Positions 9,603-19,600 of a DNA stretch of 64,000 nt are shown here, in pieces. The stretch is from contig JANOAV010000051.1 of the NCBI GenBank assembly GCA_031411295.1, positions 44,974 through 108,973 on the forward strand. Reading direction: 5' to 3'. Positions within the stretch are counted from its first letter, which is position 1, and the number at the start of each line of letters is the position of its first letter. The notes beneath the pieces were generated by a model that searched no databases, was not told where the DNA came from, and worked only from the letters and a program-made list of their open reading frames with translations. The position numbers and the translations under genes are program-made. The stretch is from Verrucomicrobiales bacterium (GTDB lineage Bacteria > Verrucomicrobiota > Verrucomicrobiia > Verrucomicrobiales > V1-33).

Positions 9603-11195
9603 TTACGCCATGGCACTAACGAGCAACCCCACGAGGATGGCGAGGGCGACACTATGAAAGAACACATAGCGCAAAATTTTACCTTCCAGGCCGGCGGCAT
9701 CGGTGGCGGTGCTGGCGACGACAATACTCTGGGCGTCGATCATTTTACCCATGACCCCGCCGGAACTATTGGCCGCGCACATGAGCACGGGGTCGATACC
9801 CAATTGCTGGCTGGTGATTTTCTGGAGGCCGCCGAAAAGGACATTCGAGGCGGTGTCGGACCCGGTGAGGGCGGCGCCCAGCCAGCCGAGCAGGGTGCCG
9901 AAGAAAGGATACAATCCCCCCGTCTGAGCCAGCGCGAGTCCCATCGTGGCATCGGCGCCACAATATTTCGTAACGGTCCCTAACGCCAGCATACAGCAAA
10001 TGGTCAGCAGAGACCAGCGTGCTTTGAAAACGGCTCCGCACCAGGCGCCAATGATTTCGCGCAGGGAGAAACGCAGCCAGAGGCCGACGATGAGGCCCGC
10101 TACGAGGATGCCAGTGCCGGTAGCGGACAGTGGGTTGAGCTTATAGAAGACGTCATCTGGCTTGGCTCCCGGAAGCGCCACCGGGGCCGCGCGCATCACT
10201 TCCTGATGCAGCACCGGCACGCCTACCTTGGTGCTCCACAAACTATCCAGCGCCTCCTTGACTGGTTTCAATCCCCAGAGAAAAACCACCACGGACAGAA
10301 CTAACCAGGGAATCCAAGCCCGGGTCGATCTCGTGGGCATAGCCGCCGAGGCAGACACCACCGTCTCCGCTGACACATCCTTGGGACGCCAGCACCGGAG
10401 GAACAACAGCAAGGCTCCGGCACTGCTTAGGGATGCCACCAGATCCACCAAGGCTGGACCATGATAGGTAGCCATGAGGTATTGCGGCACCGCGAAAGCC
10501 AAGCCAGCAATGACGGCGGCGGGCCAGACTCCGAGCCACCCGCGGAAGCCGGACATGGCGACGACACACCAACTGGGAATGATCAGTGCGAAGAGTGGCA
10601 ATTGTTTCCCGACCATGGCGGACAATTCCCGGACATCCAAGCCCGTGACTTCCGCCAGGGTATAGATGGGCGTGCCCAGTGAACCAAAAGCCACAGGCGC
10701 GGTGTTGGCAATGAGACTCAAACAGCAGGCCTGTAATGCCGGAAATCCCAAGCGAACCAAGATGGCACTGGAAACAGCCACGGGAGCCCCAAAGCCCGCC
10801 GCGCCCTCAAAGAACGCGCCAAAGCAAAACGCGATCAGAATGACCTGAATCCGAGGGTCCGGAGCCAGGCGCAGTAAATTCCCCTTCAACAGCTCGAACA
10901 AACCACGACGGACGTTCAACTCGTAGAGGAAAAGTAAATTGAGGATGATCCAACCGATCGGAAACAGGCCCAAGGCCGCACCGTAGCCAGCCGCCGCGCA
11001 ACCGAGGGCCACGGGCATCCCAAAGCCGATGATGGCCACGCCCATTGCCACCACCAACCCCAGCATGGCGGCACGGTGAATGGGCACTTTGCCGCAGGCA
11101 ATGAGCCCGAGCAACGCCAGCACAGGCAAAGCAGCACAGGCAGTGGAAAGCCAGGGATTGCCCAGCGGGTCATAATTTTGGAGCCAACCGATCAT
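9603..11195 (-). CDS. L-lactate permease (LctP/LldP family)
   Basis: QNYDPLGN, FFEGAAGFGAP, ANTAPVAFG, LTGSDTASNVLFG, GGVMGKMIDAQS. Start set by promoter geometry. Confidence 0.93.
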   Translation of the reverse strand: MIGWLQNYDPLGNPWLSTACAALPVLALLGLIACGKVPIHRAAMLGLVVAMGVAIIGFGMPVALGCAAAGYGAALGLFPIGWIILNLLFLYELNVRRGLFELLKGNLLRLAPDPRIQVILIAFCFGAFFEGAAGFGAPVAVSSAILVRLGFPALQACCLSLIANTAPVAFGSLGTPIYTLAEVTGLDVRELSAMVGKQLPLFALIIPSWCVVAMSGFRGWLGVWPAAVIAGLAFAVPQYLMATYHGPALVDLVASLSSAGALLLFLRCWRPKDVSAETVVSASAAMPTRSTRAWIPWLVLSVVVFLWGLKPVKEALDSLWSTKVGVPVLHQEVMRAAPVALPGAKPDDVFYKLNPLSATGTGILVAGLIVGLWLRFSLREIIGAWCGAVFKARWSLLTICCMLALGTVTKYCGADATMGLALAQTGGLYPFFGTLLGWLGAALTGSDTASNVLFGGLQKITSQQLGIDPVLMCAANSSGGVMGKMIDAQSIVVASTATDAAGLEGKILRYVFFHSVALAILVGLLVSAMA

Positions 11196-11431
11196 GGCGC
11201 GCATTCAATCGACTAGCACCGCCTCGTGCAAGTTAAATTCGACGACGCGGAGCATGTTTCAGATCTGCGGCTTGTAATTGAGCCGATCCAGCAGACTTGC
11301 AGCCACACTGTCTGGAGGAAAATTGATGCAGAATCCTGCTCTGGTGCGATATTTCCAAACGATTCGGTCGCCTCACGACGCACACCAAGTGAAAGCGATC
11401 ATCCTTTCCCCACCAACTCGACCAACCAATC

Positions 11432-12283
11432 ATGTCCCACGATCCACCCCCCCCATGGCGACCTGCCCCCCAGCCGCAGCATGAACTGGACCGCCTGATG
11501 CAGTTAGCCCCGCGCGATCCTTCCGTGCATGGCGAAATGTTCCGGCTGCTGTGGAATCTGGACGAAATGTGTATTTATGTGCCGCCGCATCCGGAGTTAG
11601 TGGGAGAGCATTGGCGCAGTGCGGATGAAGGTTTCACCTGGTGTAATTTTGGCGATGCCGAGGGGCTGTTTGCGCCAGTGTTCACCAGCGTAGCCTGCGC
11701 AGATTACGCCTTGCGTAATCTGCCCCAACGTGATGGCCCACTCCCCATGATTGCCTCCCTGCCAGCCAAGGTGCTGTTTAAATTTCTCAACGATGGTCAC
11801 ACCACCGCGCGCATCTTGGGCGCCGGCGGCGGACAAATCAGTTTACCGCCCGCAACGGTGGCAGCCTTGGTGTCTGGGGTCTTTCCAGTGGATCGCATGG
11901 ATGCGCCCACCCCCAGTCCGCTTTTGACCAAAACCAAGCTGGCCCAAGAGGTAAGCCTCCATCCGGTGCCAGAGCTGTTGATCCCGACAGCGCTGCGGCA
12001 GGCGATTGGTGACCTCTGTGAAACGTCGCATACGCCCTTGGGAATCTATGTTTTCCATCAGGCCGATCCAATCTCTGGGCTCGTGTCAGGCAATGATTTA
12101 CACTTCATTCTCTGGCTGCGTAAGGAGGATCCGGCCTGCTTTCAAAGCTTCTGCCAGTTGGTGCCAAAGCATCTCCCACCGCAGTTGGAGTTCTCCTGCA
12201 AAATCCTGACTACGGGCAATCGAAAACTCATGAAATTTCTGCAAGGCCGCCCCGCGCTATGGCCAGTTGGCATTGCTAACTAA
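11432..12283 (+). CDS. Hypothetical protein with an SseB-like N-terminal domain
   Basis: 283-aa ORF; DAEGLFAPVFTS resembles the SseB-family motif. Confidence 0.5.
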   Translation: MSHDPPPPWRPAPQPQHELDRLMQLAPRDPSVHGEMFRLLWNLDEMCIYVPPHPELVGEHWRSADEGFTWCNFGDAEGLFAPVFTSVACADYALRNLPQRDGPLPMIASLPAKVLFKFLNDGHTTARILGAGGGQISLPPATVAALVSGVFPVDRMDAPTPSPLLTKTKLAQEVSLHPVPELLIPTALRQAIGDLCETSHTPLGIYVFHQADPISGLVSGNDLHFILWLRKEDPACFQSFCQLVPKHLPPQLEFSCKILTTGNRKLMKFLQGRPALWPVGIAN

Positions 12284-13469
12284 GCGGCAAGTCCATGATG
12301 AATTCAGTGCGGAAACCCGGGCTGCTCTCCACTCGAATCGTGCCCCCATGCGCCTCCACGGCTCGCTTGACGATGCTGAGGCCCAGTCCGGTGCCTTTGA
12401 CCTTCTGCTGGGAGTGATCCGTGGCAACGCGATAGAATCGCTTGAAAATGAAAGGGAGGTGCTCGTGCGGAATTCCTTTGCCGTTGTCCTTAACGGCTAA
12501 AGTCACCGCCTTGAGGCCACGAGTCATGGAGACCGTGACTACTAACCGACCATCCGCCGCGTTCTCCTTCAACGCGTTCTCGATCAGGTTGAAGAAAATT
12601 TGCTCCCAATAAAAGGCATCACCCGCCACCTCGTCCGCCTCGGGAATCTCAATCACGATACGCGCCTGTTTATCCTCAATCATGGGATGGAGCCGCTCGA
12701 TGACCGAAGTGACACACTCGCGGCAACTGAAGTGCTTGGCCAGAAGTCCCGCGCGATGCTCGGAGGAATCCATCGCCTCGTAGCGAGAGATAATCAGCAT
12801 GTCTTCCACGAGTCGCTCGAGGCGTTCGCCATGTTTTTGCATGACTTCGAGCGATTTCTGGACGGCGGACGGTTCCGCGATCGCGCCTTCCACCAAGTTT
12901 TCCAGATAGCCATTAATAATCGCCAACGGGGTGCGTAACTCGTGTGAAGCATTGGCGACGAAGTCCCGGCGGATTTGCTCGGTTTCCTGCCGACGCGTTT
13001 CATCGCGCATGACGAGGCGGACCAATTTGTTGGGCTGGTCAGGTAAGTTAACCGCCGCCGCACTGAACACAAAGTAACGTTCCTCCGCCCGTCCCCGCGG
13101 CAGAATAGTGATGCTGAACTCGTCTTCCAGCGACCCCTGCTCCAACTCCATGGCTTTGCTGCACAGTTCTGAGATGCGGGGGTCCGGCAAGACTTGCGTC
13201 AGGCGTTTCTCCTCCAGCCCAGAACTGGCGAGGAGATCAGAGGCACCTTCGTTGGCATAGAGAATCTCTCCACTGGCGGAGACCAACAAGCACACATCCC
13301 CCAGCCCGGCATAAAGGACTCCCAACAGATCCGCACTGCGCATGGGTCCGATGGAAATGACGGCTTCAGACGAACGAGGGGTGCGCCACCACCGCCAACC
13401 AACCACGCCCAGCAAGAGCGCCACCGCCAGGGTGCGCCAATCGCAGAGATATTGGATGAGTGATGCCAT
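12276..13469 (-). CDS. Sensor histidine kinase, PhoR-like (TM-PAS-HisKA-HATPase)
   Basis: RRDFVANASHELRTPL, NLIENALK, DNGKGIP, GTGLGLSIVK. Start ATG 13469; the longer ORF upstream shadows the next gene. Confidence 0.92.
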   Translation of the reverse strand: MASLIQYLCDWRTLAVALLLGVVGWRWWRTPRSSEAVISIGPMRSADLLGVLYAGLGDVCLLVSASGEILYANEGASDLLASSGLEEKRLTQVLPDPRISELCSKAMELEQGSLEDEFSITILPRGRAEERYFVFSAAAVNLPDQPNKLVRLVMRDETRRQETEQIRRDFVANASHELRTPLAIINGYLENLVEGAIAEPSAVQKSLEVMQKHGERLERLVEDMLIISRYEAMDSSEHRAGLLAKHFSCRECVTSVIERLHPMIEDKQARIVIEIPEADEVAGDAFYWEQIFFNLIENALKENAADGRLVVTVSMTRGLKAVTLAVKDNGKGIPHEHLPFIFKRFYRVATDHSQQKVKGTGLGLSIVKRAVEAHGGTIRVESSPGFRTEFIMDLPLS

Positions 13470-13520
13470 GAGTTCATCATTGGGAACAATTGCGTCGCCA
13501 GCAAGAAGTAATTTCGCTCC

Positions 13521-13549
13521 TTGCCACCCGCCGCCAGAACCGCTAGGGT
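13521..13549 (+). promoter_or_regulatory. Sigma70-like promoter, probably leaderless
   Basis: TTGCCA-17nt-TAGGGT, then 7 nt to ATG 13557. Confidence 0.55.
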
Positions 13550-13556
13550 CTGGCGC

Positions 13557-14540
13557 ATGGGACTGTCCTCGCGCAAAGCGCAATTTTACCACCAACTGAC
13601 CACGCTCCTGGAAGCAGGCATCGGTGTGCAGACCGCCACCGAGCATCTCCGCACCCAACGCCATCAGCAGTTGCCAGCGTTTGCTACCGCTCTGGCCGAC
13701 GGAACGGGCCGTGGACTCACTCTGGCGGAAGCGCTGGAAACTGCTCCCAAAAAGCAAGTCGATGCGCTGGAAATCTCGCTCCTGGGCGCTGCGGAACGCG
13801 GTGGCAAAATCGAATTGGCCACCCGCCAACTCAGCGAGCATTACGAACTGGAAGCGCAACTCTGGAACCAGATGCTCCGGGCGATGGTTTACCCGATCAT
13901 CGTCCTCCATGCCGCCATTGTGCTGCCCTCCGTGGGCGTCCTTGTGGGCGGCGGCGGCACCGTTTGGGAGTCGATGGGCAAACCATTGCTCATGGCCTAC
14001 GCGATCCTGGCGATGGTCTGGTGCGGCGGGCGTTGGCTCTGGGCCCAAGGCCAGTGGAGTGATGGGATTGATGCCCTGCTCAATCGCATCCCCGCGCTGG
14101 GAACTTGGCGCAAAAGCCTGGCTTTGGCACGCTTCTGCCAGGCTCTGGGCATCCAATTGCAGGCCGGGGAGAACGTGGCCAAGGCCGTGGCTAGCGCCGG
14201 CAAAGCATCCGCCACCGCCAACCTCAAGCACGCCACGAAGGCGATGGCGCAGACGATCAACGCGGAAGGATGCCCTCTGGGGCCGTTGTTGCTCATGAGT
14301 CATCACTTCCACCCTGAACTGGCTCAAGTCTTGGCCACTTCGGAAACGGCGGGGCGGCTGGAACTGGAAGCGTTAGCGCGGGCGCGGAAGCTCATGGATA
14401 CGGCCCGCAACTCTGCGGCCACCACTGGCACTTGGGTGCCTAAGCTGCTCTATGCGCCCATCGCGCTGTATGCCGTTTGGCGCATCTATTCCTTCTATCG
14501 GGATTACCTGGGGAACCTTACGAAGGGGTTGGATCTTTGA
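13557..14540 (+). CDS. Type II secretion F / PilC family protein
   Basis: FYHQLTTLLEAGI, AAERGGKIE, AMVYP, second repeat SETAGRLE. Confidence 0.85.
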   Translation: MGLSSRKAQFYHQLTTLLEAGIGVQTATEHLRTQRHQQLPAFATALADGTGRGLTLAEALETAPKKQVDALEISLLGAAERGGKIELATRQLSEHYELEAQLWNQMLRAMVYPIIVLHAAIVLPSVGVLVGGGGTVWESMGKPLLMAYAILAMVWCGGRWLWAQGQWSDGIDALLNRIPALGTWRKSLALARFCQALGIQLQAGENVAKAVASAGKASATANLKHATKAMAQTINAEGCPLGPLLLMSHHFHPELAQVLATSETAGRLELEALARARKLMDTARNSAATTGTWVPKLLYAPIALYAVWRIYSFYRDYLGNLTKGLDL

Positions 14541-14548
14541 GGTGATCC

Positions 14549-15958
14549 CTAACGCACCCAAATGCCGTCGGCATCGCCTTGGTGCAGAATATCACTGATG
14601 ATTACTAACTTCTCCGAACCTGTCAGTAGTCCCCGTGATTTTAACAGGGTGATGCCAGCGGAGATGGCGGCTTCGCCATCGCCTGGTGCGAAGTCCAGAT
14701 TGAAGGCCGTGACACTGCGACAGAGGGCCAGCGTTTGCACCACGAAGGCATCGGCACAAAAAGCAAAAATGGAGGCTCGCAGCGGACGCGCCAGGGCCGC
14801 ATACCGGGCCATCTTACCCCGTTGGGTGAACACCAGCACACAACTGGAGGCAAAGGAATCCGCCAGCTTAACCGCCGAACGCACGACCCGTTGCTTATCA
14901 TCATCCAGCGGCATCGTATCCCCGGCGGAACGGTCGATTTCCAGCTCCATGCGCTTGGCAATGCGACTCATGACCTCCACGGCACGCAGTGGGTGCTCGC
15001 CCGTGCTGGTTTCTCCGCTGAGCATGATGGCATCCGTCTGCTCCAGCACCGCATGGGCGACATCCGTCACTTCTGCGCGCGTGGGAACCGGATTCTCACA
15101 CATGCTCTCCAGCATGTGCGTGGCCACGATCACCCTGCGCCCTTGGCGAATGCATTCATGAATTAAACGACGCTGCGTGATGGGCAATTCCTCCAGTGGG
15201 GCTTCGATTCCCAAGTCGCCCCGGGCCACCATCACCACGTCCGTAGCGGCAATGATTTCCGTGCTGTGCTTCAGCGCTTCCTGATCCTCGAATTTGGCCA
15301 CGATATCCGATTTCATCCCGCGCAACGCCAATTGCTCCCGCAGGAAATGAATATGACTGGCATCCCGCACGAAACTCATCGCCACGAACTCAACGCCAAT
15401 GTCCCGGCCCACATCCAAGTCTTTGTAATCGTGATCCCCCAAAGCCGGCAGGTTGACCCGAATCCCGGGTAAATTGATGTGGCGTCTGGAACCGAATTTT
15501 CCATCATTGATGACGGAAGCCACCACCCGGGCCGGTTCCAGGCTGAGCACTTTCATTTCCAGAACCCCATTATCCACCAGGACCGTAGCCCCCACCTTCA
15601 GGTCCGCGTAGAGATCAGGATAGTTTACCGTCGTCGAGTAGGGCATGGTGGCCGCTTGATCCTGCAAGCGGAACTCCACCAAATCTCCCGGCAGTAAATC
15701 AAACGCTTCCGGCAAATCGCCCGTGCGAATCGTCGGCCCCTTCAGGTCCATCAGGAGCGCCACCGCTTGCTGGCTGGAGGCTGCCGCCGCACGCACTTTG
15801 ACGGCCATTTCCCGACACCACGCATGCGGGGCATGACTCATGTTCAAGCGAAACACATTCACCCCGGCCGCAATTAAGGCGGCTATCATCTCCGCACTTT
15901 GCGTGGCGGGACCCAGGGTGGCAATAATTTTGGTTTTGCGTAGCGGTAGAGGACTCAT
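14549..15958 (-). CDS. pyk: Pyruvate kinase
   Basis: RKTKIIATLGPA, FRLNMSH, DLKGP, MVARGDLG, PTRAEVTDVA, MLSGET. Confidence 0.97.
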   Translation of the reverse strand: MSPLPLRKTKIIATLGPATQSAEMIAALIAAGVNVFRLNMSHAPHAWCREMAVKVRAAAASSQQAVALLMDLKGPTIRTGDLPEAFDLLPGDLVEFRLQDQAATMPYSTTVNYPDLYADLKVGATVLVDNGVLEMKVLSLEPARVVASVINDGKFGSRRHINLPGIRVNLPALGDHDYKDLDVGRDIGVEFVAMSFVRDASHIHFLREQLALRGMKSDIVAKFEDQEALKHSTEIIAATDVVMVARGDLGIEAPLEELPITQRRLIHECIRQGRRVIVATHMLESMCENPVPTRAEVTDVAHAVLEQTDAIMLSGETSTGEHPLRAVEVMSRIAKRMELEIDRSAGDTMPLDDDKQRVVRSAVKLADSFASSCVLVFTQRGKMARYAALARPLRASIFAFCADAFVVQTLALCRSVTAFNLDFAPGDGEAAISAGITLLKSRGLLTGSEKLVIISDILHQGDADGIWVR

Positions 15959-16283
15959 GGCTTACCGAAATCATGCGGCGGCCAGAAAGCAAGGAGCGAA
16001 AACCTCAGCGCCAGGGACTGGAAGGAGCGGGTCTGCGGACGCTGGGAAACCAAACCAACCTCAAATCCAGTCCTCAAGGCCAGGCTACCGTGCCAGGATA
16101 CTTCGGTCGGTATGGAGTAACTGTTTCCAAAGACGGGAAGACGGTTAAAACAGGACGAGTTGGAAAATCACCAACCAAGCACGGTGAGAATCGCGCTCCC
16201 AACGGCGGATTTATGCACGGCGGTATTGCATTGAAACCCTTAGAGTTCGGAGCAAATTTTAGTGAATCGCATTAGCGTCCCGG

Positions 16284-16452
16284 TGTGCGGTGGCACGGCT
16301 CTGCGCGACACCGCTCTTGAAGCGGAGAGATCCTGCAATATGGGATTGCGCCGAAGTGCTCCTTGCGTTTTGAGCGAAAACTAGAGCGCCCAACGAGATC
16401 GAAAGCGGCGTGGCGCAACGCCTTCCCGCCGCACTCCAAGACGCTAGCGCGG
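16284..16452. repeat. REP-like element pair
   Basis: GTGCGGTGGCA...GACACCGCT and AAAGCGGCGTGGCGC...CCCGCCGCACTCC form inverted arms. Confidence 0.5.
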
Positions 16453-16613
16453 TGGAAGTAGATTGCTTCCCAACTCGTTGATTGCCAGTAAATTTCAGCC
16501 CTTCAAAAATCCGCCCTATCGTGCTCCCGTGTCAATCCCTTGGGCGAATTGCAACCAAGCTCAAGTGCGGTTGGTCTCGTGACCTCGCCCTCCACAGTGT
16601 TGACCTTGAGCGC

Positions 16614-19600
16614 CTACGGAACGGTTTGCACCTTCAAGCTCATGAAACGGCGGTTTTGGCCGGCGGTGGCTTGCGGATCGCGCACGGTGACGGGGATGCG
16701 GCCTCCGCTGGCGGTTCCGATGGTGACGGTGGCGGTGCCGGTCCAGGTGGCGCTGGTGGGGAGTTTCTCCGCAATGGTGGTCCAGCCGTTGAGGTCGTCG
16801 CCTGCTTGGATGATGTAATGGATGTCCGGCAGGCCCATGCCGCCTAACACGCTGGTTTGGGGGAGGGTGAAGTTTACCCGCAGGTGATCGTCCGCTGGCA
16901 CGTTGGGGGCCAAATATTGGGTGGTGCTGGATTTGGTGTAATCCGTGCCCACGCTGTATTCCATGAGATTGTCGATGCCATCAAAGTCTTCATCAGCCAG
17001 CGCAATGAGGCCCCCGTAGTAGTTGCGCCATGCGGTGTAGCCGGTTTGTGGTGGGGCCTGAGTGGCTAATCCGGCGGGACTGCCGCCAAGGGCGGTGCTT
17101 GTCCAACTGCTGCGATTCTTGAAATCTGAAATGGCCGTGGTGTTGCTGACTAGCAAGATTGCCCCGCCACCGCCATCGGCCGCTGCATACCAGTTTCCAC
17201 GATAGTCGAAGCTGAGAATATTGGCATCGAAGGGTGGTGCCAGCGTGATGGCGAGCGTTTCGCCACTGTTGTCCAAGTTGCCAATGAACGTTCCAGCGAT
17301 CGGCGTGCCGGAACCATAGCGAGCGGTAAAGACATCCACGTTAGCCGCCACGACGCACTGAGCGCCAGCGGCCAGCGTAAATCCAAGTGGGAAGGTGAAA
17401 TCGATCCCGTTCGTAAACGAGACGCCAGCTAAATTCAGCGTAGTAGCTCCGGTGTTAGTCAATTCTACATACTGTAGTGCGTCTCCCAGCGGGTGATGAT
17501 ACATAATTTCCGTGATGCGCAGGCCGTTGAGAATGGCCAGGGCATTGGCGTAGGCAGGATCGCCCGTGCCGTTCGGCAGCGTGTCCGTGGGCAGCACGAA
17601 GTAGTCCAATCCACCCACGCCACCCGTCGTCACGAGACCTTGGGAAACGTCCGTCACTTGGGGATCCACGCGCACGCGTTGAAGCTGCGTGCTGCCAGCA
17701 TAGAGTGCCAATTCATCGGTGAACTGATTCAGTTGGAAGCTCAGATGATTCGCGCCCTTGGTGGGGGAAGCATCGGCAGTAAATTTACCGTAGCCGGGAG
17801 CCATGAAACTCAGGGGTGGGAAGAGGGTGTGATAGAACGCGTTCGCCACGTTGTCGGTTAGGGAGAGCCCGCTCAGGCTTACTGGCAGCGTGCTGGGATT
17901 ATACAGTTCAATCCAGTCCTCGTTGAAACGAATGTCACTGGAGGCCAGCCACTCGTTGATGCGGACGTTGGTGGGTTCGCCCAAGCGCGCGGCCGTATTG
18001 GCGGCTCCAGGCGTTGGGACATTCAAGCTCCACGTGCCAGCGGTGCCGAGTCGGCCGATGGAGTAATCCGGAATTTGCCGACCATAGACAATGCTGTCTT
18101 TCACCACTCCAGATTGGGAAAGATAGACCGCTTCCCCTTCTTCGCCCTTGAGCGAGAACGTGGCGTGCAGCCCGGGAGTGGCTGCGGGGCCGTCGCAATA
18201 GACTAGCATGTATCCGTTCGCTGGGATGGTGGTGGCGGCTGGGAAGACATATTTATTGAGCTTCAGCGAATTGTCGCTCAGCATCCAACCGTTAAGCGAA
18301 ACGCTGGTGGCATTGGGATTGTGAATTTCCACATAGTCCGGGAATGTGCCGCCATTGTTATGGGCAGCAACATTTTCTGCCAGCACTTCATTGATGACCA
18401 ATGGCAGCGCAGTGCCCACGGTCCAAGTGCGGGAGGTGGGAGCAAACTGTGGCAGACCCAGATAGGTCTTGGCTGGATCTGCATTCTGCCAGTTGCCAGC
18501 GTAGTCCATGCCCAGCACTTCCAAGGTGTGCAGGCCTGGTGTCAGGCTGGTGAGGGTGAGGGTGGCGTCCCGCACCGTGAGGCCGCTGCGGTTAAAGATG
18601 GCTCCAGTTCCGATGGTGGTCTGGGCAGAATAAGCCCCACCATCCAAACGATATTTATAAGCGATGAGGCCAGGTCCACCGATGGTGAAGGTGGCGGTCG
18701 TAGCATCCGTGGTGCCATTGGGGCCGCCAGCGATGTAGGCCCACTCAGGGCAGCCGAAGCCGAGGTCCATGCCGCCAGGGCCTGCGCCTTTGGCCAAGGA
18801 CTCCGTTTTCAAACTGTAGTTCTTGTTCGCTGGATCCACAAACAATGCGGGGCTTTGTGTATTCACGCCATAGGCGGGATTGAAGATACCGCCTGGGTGA
18901 TTGGCCCCGATGACGGTGTCCGTAATTTGATCGACAATGTTTTGATTGAATTGAACGCGCGTGGTCACGTCCGTGAAGAAGACATCCTTGGTGCCCGCCT
19001 GGCGTTTATCCGCCGAACTGATGAGTCGGGGGACATTGCTGATGACATTGTAGCCCAGATAACACCCGTCACCACGCGGTGGCGAGTTGCCGGCGTCATT
19101 TTCCACCATCATGTTAACGACGGAGCATTTCACCTGCTGATCGATCCCGAACGCGCTGTCCGTGTAGTGGAAATCGGCATGCATGTTAGCAATCGTGTTG
19201 TGCTCCACGATGGCGGCCACGTTCAATTTACAGTTAATGAGGTGATCCATGTCGAAGACCAGATTCCGTGCGATCATGTCCGTGACGGGGATGCTGCCGC
19301 CCAGACCATCGGTGGAAATTGCGTTGGAGTAGCCAGTGTCGGAGGTCCAGCGATCCTTGGTGCCGTGCTCCATGATGTTGTGCGCAATGAGCGCATCTCC
19401 CTTCAAGTCCATGTGCTCATCTCCGGTTAGGCCGTGGAAATAGTTGTAACGGCAATCGAGCGGGAAACTCACGCCCACTTGCCCGCCATCGCCATCGAAG
19501 ACGTCGTTGTGGCCTTTGTTGCCGTGGAAATCATTCGCATACACCCGGAAGTAGCCTCCGACGGGGAACCCGCCTACGAAGTTTGCGTTGCCAGTCAAAG

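Noticed and set aside
13470..14327. 683-aa extended histidine kinase
   Set aside because: The extension is the antisense shadow of the T2SS-F gene; divergent promoter-like boxes support starts at 13469 and 13557.
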